The position numbers and the translations under genes are program-made. DNA of 64,000 nt. Origin: an uncultured Chloroflexia bacterium. GTDB taxonomy: Bacteria > Chloroflexota > Limnocylindria > QHBO01. The notes below the pieces were generated by a model. That model had not been told where the DNA came from and ran no database searches. It worked only from the letters and a program-made list of their open reading frames with translations. Positions 62,392 to 64,000 of the stretch are shown here, piece by piece (position 1 is the stretch's first letter; every line of letters starts with the position of its first letter). The stretch lies in the NCBI GenBank assembly GCA_963720505.1, contig CAVRFT010000002.1:205478-269477 (forward strand). The letters are read 5' to 3'.

Positions 62392-63322
62392 TTATACGGG
62401 CGCCACCCCGTCCAGGTGCCGCTGGAAGAACTCGAGCACTCGACGCTCGTATGCCTCCCCCGCCACGGCGTGCGCGTCGCTGTGCGCGGCGCCGTCGACG
62501 ACCATCAGCTCCTTCGGCTCCCTGGCGGCCTCGTACAGCCGCACCGCCTGGGTCCAGTCCACCAGGCGATCCTCGCGCGGCGCGATCAGCAGCAGCCCGC
62601 GCGGGGCGATCTGCGCGACCCGCTGGATCGGCTGCCGCAGGAGCGTCCGCGCCCGAACGGAGGCGGCGGCCACCACCAGCCGGGACCCCAGCCGCGCGAA
62701 CGGATAGCGTCCCTCGCGCATGCGGTTGGCGATCGGGTTCTCGAGCACGGCATACGCGGCATCGGCCACCACCGCGGCGACCGGCAGGTCCGGTGCAGCG
62801 GTGATCGCCACGGCGCCGCCCATGCTGATCCCCATCAGGCCAATCGGTCCATAGCCCCGGCCCTGCAGGAAGCGGACGGCCGCTGCGACGTCGCGCTGCT
62901 CAAGGGTGCCCAGGGTGATCGGCGCGTCATCCGAGTTGCCGTGACCGCGGAAGTCGAACTGCAGGATGTTGAAGCGCGGCTGGATCCACGGCACGAACTC
63001 GGTCAGCCACGGGAGGCGGTGCCAGCTGAAGCCGTGCATCAGGATCACCGCTGCCCTGCGTGTCCCGTCCGGCGGGGATCAGCCACCCATCCAGGGTGTA
63101 GCCGTCATCGGTCGTGAAGCGCACGTCCTGGTAGGCCAGGCCGATGTCTCCCGGATGCGCCGGCGCCCCTTCCTCCGTCGGCTCCACCGGCTTCCGGGGC
63201 GGACGCACGACCCGGCGTGACCCTTCGATCGTGACGAAACCCAGGTAGCCTGCCGCTCCGGCCGCCACGATGCGGCCGACCCAGGCGGCCAGGCTGCGAC
63301 GCGTGGAACCGTGACGCGCCAT
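62392..63322 (-). CDS. membrane-anchored alpha/beta-hydrolase (one frame break ~63055)
   Basis: The N-terminal anchor (LAAWVGRIVAAGAAGYLGFVTI) is in ORF 62927..63322. The hydrolase core has the nucleophile elbow GLMGISMGGAV, HG-motif MILMHGF and a late His (AAHSD), in ORF 62392..63048. Confidence 0.7.
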
Positions 63323-63326
63323 GGCC

Positions 63327-64000
63327 TCAGCCCGAGGTGGCCGGTCCCTCGCTCTCGCTGGTGATGCGGGCAGAGCGCATGGCGTCGCCGATCGGGCGGC
63401 TCAGCTCGGAGAGCTCCATCGGCACGATCCAGGTGGTCGAGTTGCTGGCAGCCAGCGACTTCAGCGCCTCCAGGTACTGGAGCGCCATCGTCTTGTCGTC
63501 CACGCCACGTGCCGCGCCGAAGATGGTCTGCAGCGCGTTGCTGAAGCCCTCGGCGCGCAGGACCTGTGACTGACGCTCGCCCTCTGCGCGCAGGATGCTC
63601 GACTGCTTGTCACCCTCGGCGACGTTGATCGTCGCCTGGCGGGTCCCCTCGGACTCGGTGATCACCGCGCGGCGGTTGCGCTCGGCGCTCATCTGCCGGT
63701 TCATGGCGTCCTGGATGTCGCGGGGCGGCACGATCTCGCGGATCTCGACGCTCGTGATCTTCACGCCCCAGCGCTCGGTCACCTCGTCGAGCTTGGCGCG
63801 CAGGATGTGGTTGATCTCCTCGCGCTTGGCCAGCACGTCGTCCAGCGGGATGTCGCCGATCACGGCGCGCAGCGTGGTCGCCGCCAGCGCCTGTGAGGCG
63901 CCCACGAAGTTCGTGACCGCCGTCACGGACTGCTCGGGATCGAAGACCTTCGAGTAGACCAGGAAGTCGATGCTGATGGGCGCGTTGTCCTTGGTGATGC
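63327..64000 (-). CDS. SPFH/band-7 (stomatin/prohibitin-like) protein, 5'-partial
   Basis: The frame is open to the window end (..ITKDNAPISIDFLVYSKVFDPEQSVTAVTNF..). It has the typical SPFH core (RAVIGDIPLDDVLAKREEINHIL..WGVKITSVEIREIVPP) and a coiled-coil tail (AERNRRAVITESEGTRQA..AEGERQSQVLRAEG). Confidence 0.85.
   Translation of the reverse strand, partial: ITKDNAPISIDFLVYSKVFDPEQSVTAVTNFVGASQALAATTLRAVIGDIPLDDVLAKREEINHILRAKLDEVTERWGVKITSVEIREIVPPRDIQDAMNRQMSAERNRRAVITESEGTRQATINVAEGDKQSSILRAEGERQSQVLRAEGFSNALQTIFGAARGVDDKTMALQYLEALKSLAASNSTTWIVPMELSELSRPIGDAMRSARITSESEGPATSG

Overview
This is a GC-rich chromosomal segment (third codon positions are almost all G/C) with about 60 genes, all but four on the minus strand. 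Many adjacent genes are chained by 1-11 nt start/stop overlaps. The content is mostly core housekeeping in a Terrabacteria-like (Actinomycetota/Chloroflexota-type) gene order. It includes queG, gpsA, der, ispH, plsC-cmk-rluB-scpB-scpA, punA, xerD-recN-nadK-tlyA, dxs, xseAB, efp, mltG-ruvX-alaS, ytxGH-like, mnmA-iscS, aspS-hisS-relA, murE and murJ interleaved with three FemAB paralogues, xerC-topA and dprA-comM. I could support no rRNA, tRNA, CRISPR array, transposase or prophage gene.

The dominant technical observation is that most long genes are broken by single-base frameshifts. By hand tracking there are several dozen. Four blocks are completely clean: 1-5184, 18567-25658, 54062-56335 and 61140-62330. 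Many long ORFs in the supplied track are therefore artificial fusions (der+arsA-like, rluB+cmk+plsC, murJ+femX+murE). I called genes by following homologous sequence across frames, so coordinates of broken genes are outer bounds.

I did not find a self-contained, clearly novel multi-gene system. The best candidates for follow-up are:
- an actin-like ATPase plus a large bitopic membrane protein wedged into the conserved alaS-ruvX-mltG cluster
- a murE/murJ/3x FemAB peptidoglycan-branching operon outside a dcw context
- a solitary ectC
- a zinc-ribbon/class III cyclase/STAND/TPR signalling protein
- an orphan receiver-CpaE/TadZ fusion
- a der/ArsA-Get3-like/90-aa ORF/gpsA/TM-HTH translationally coupled chain

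All family calls come from motif recognition by eye. No database search was run.
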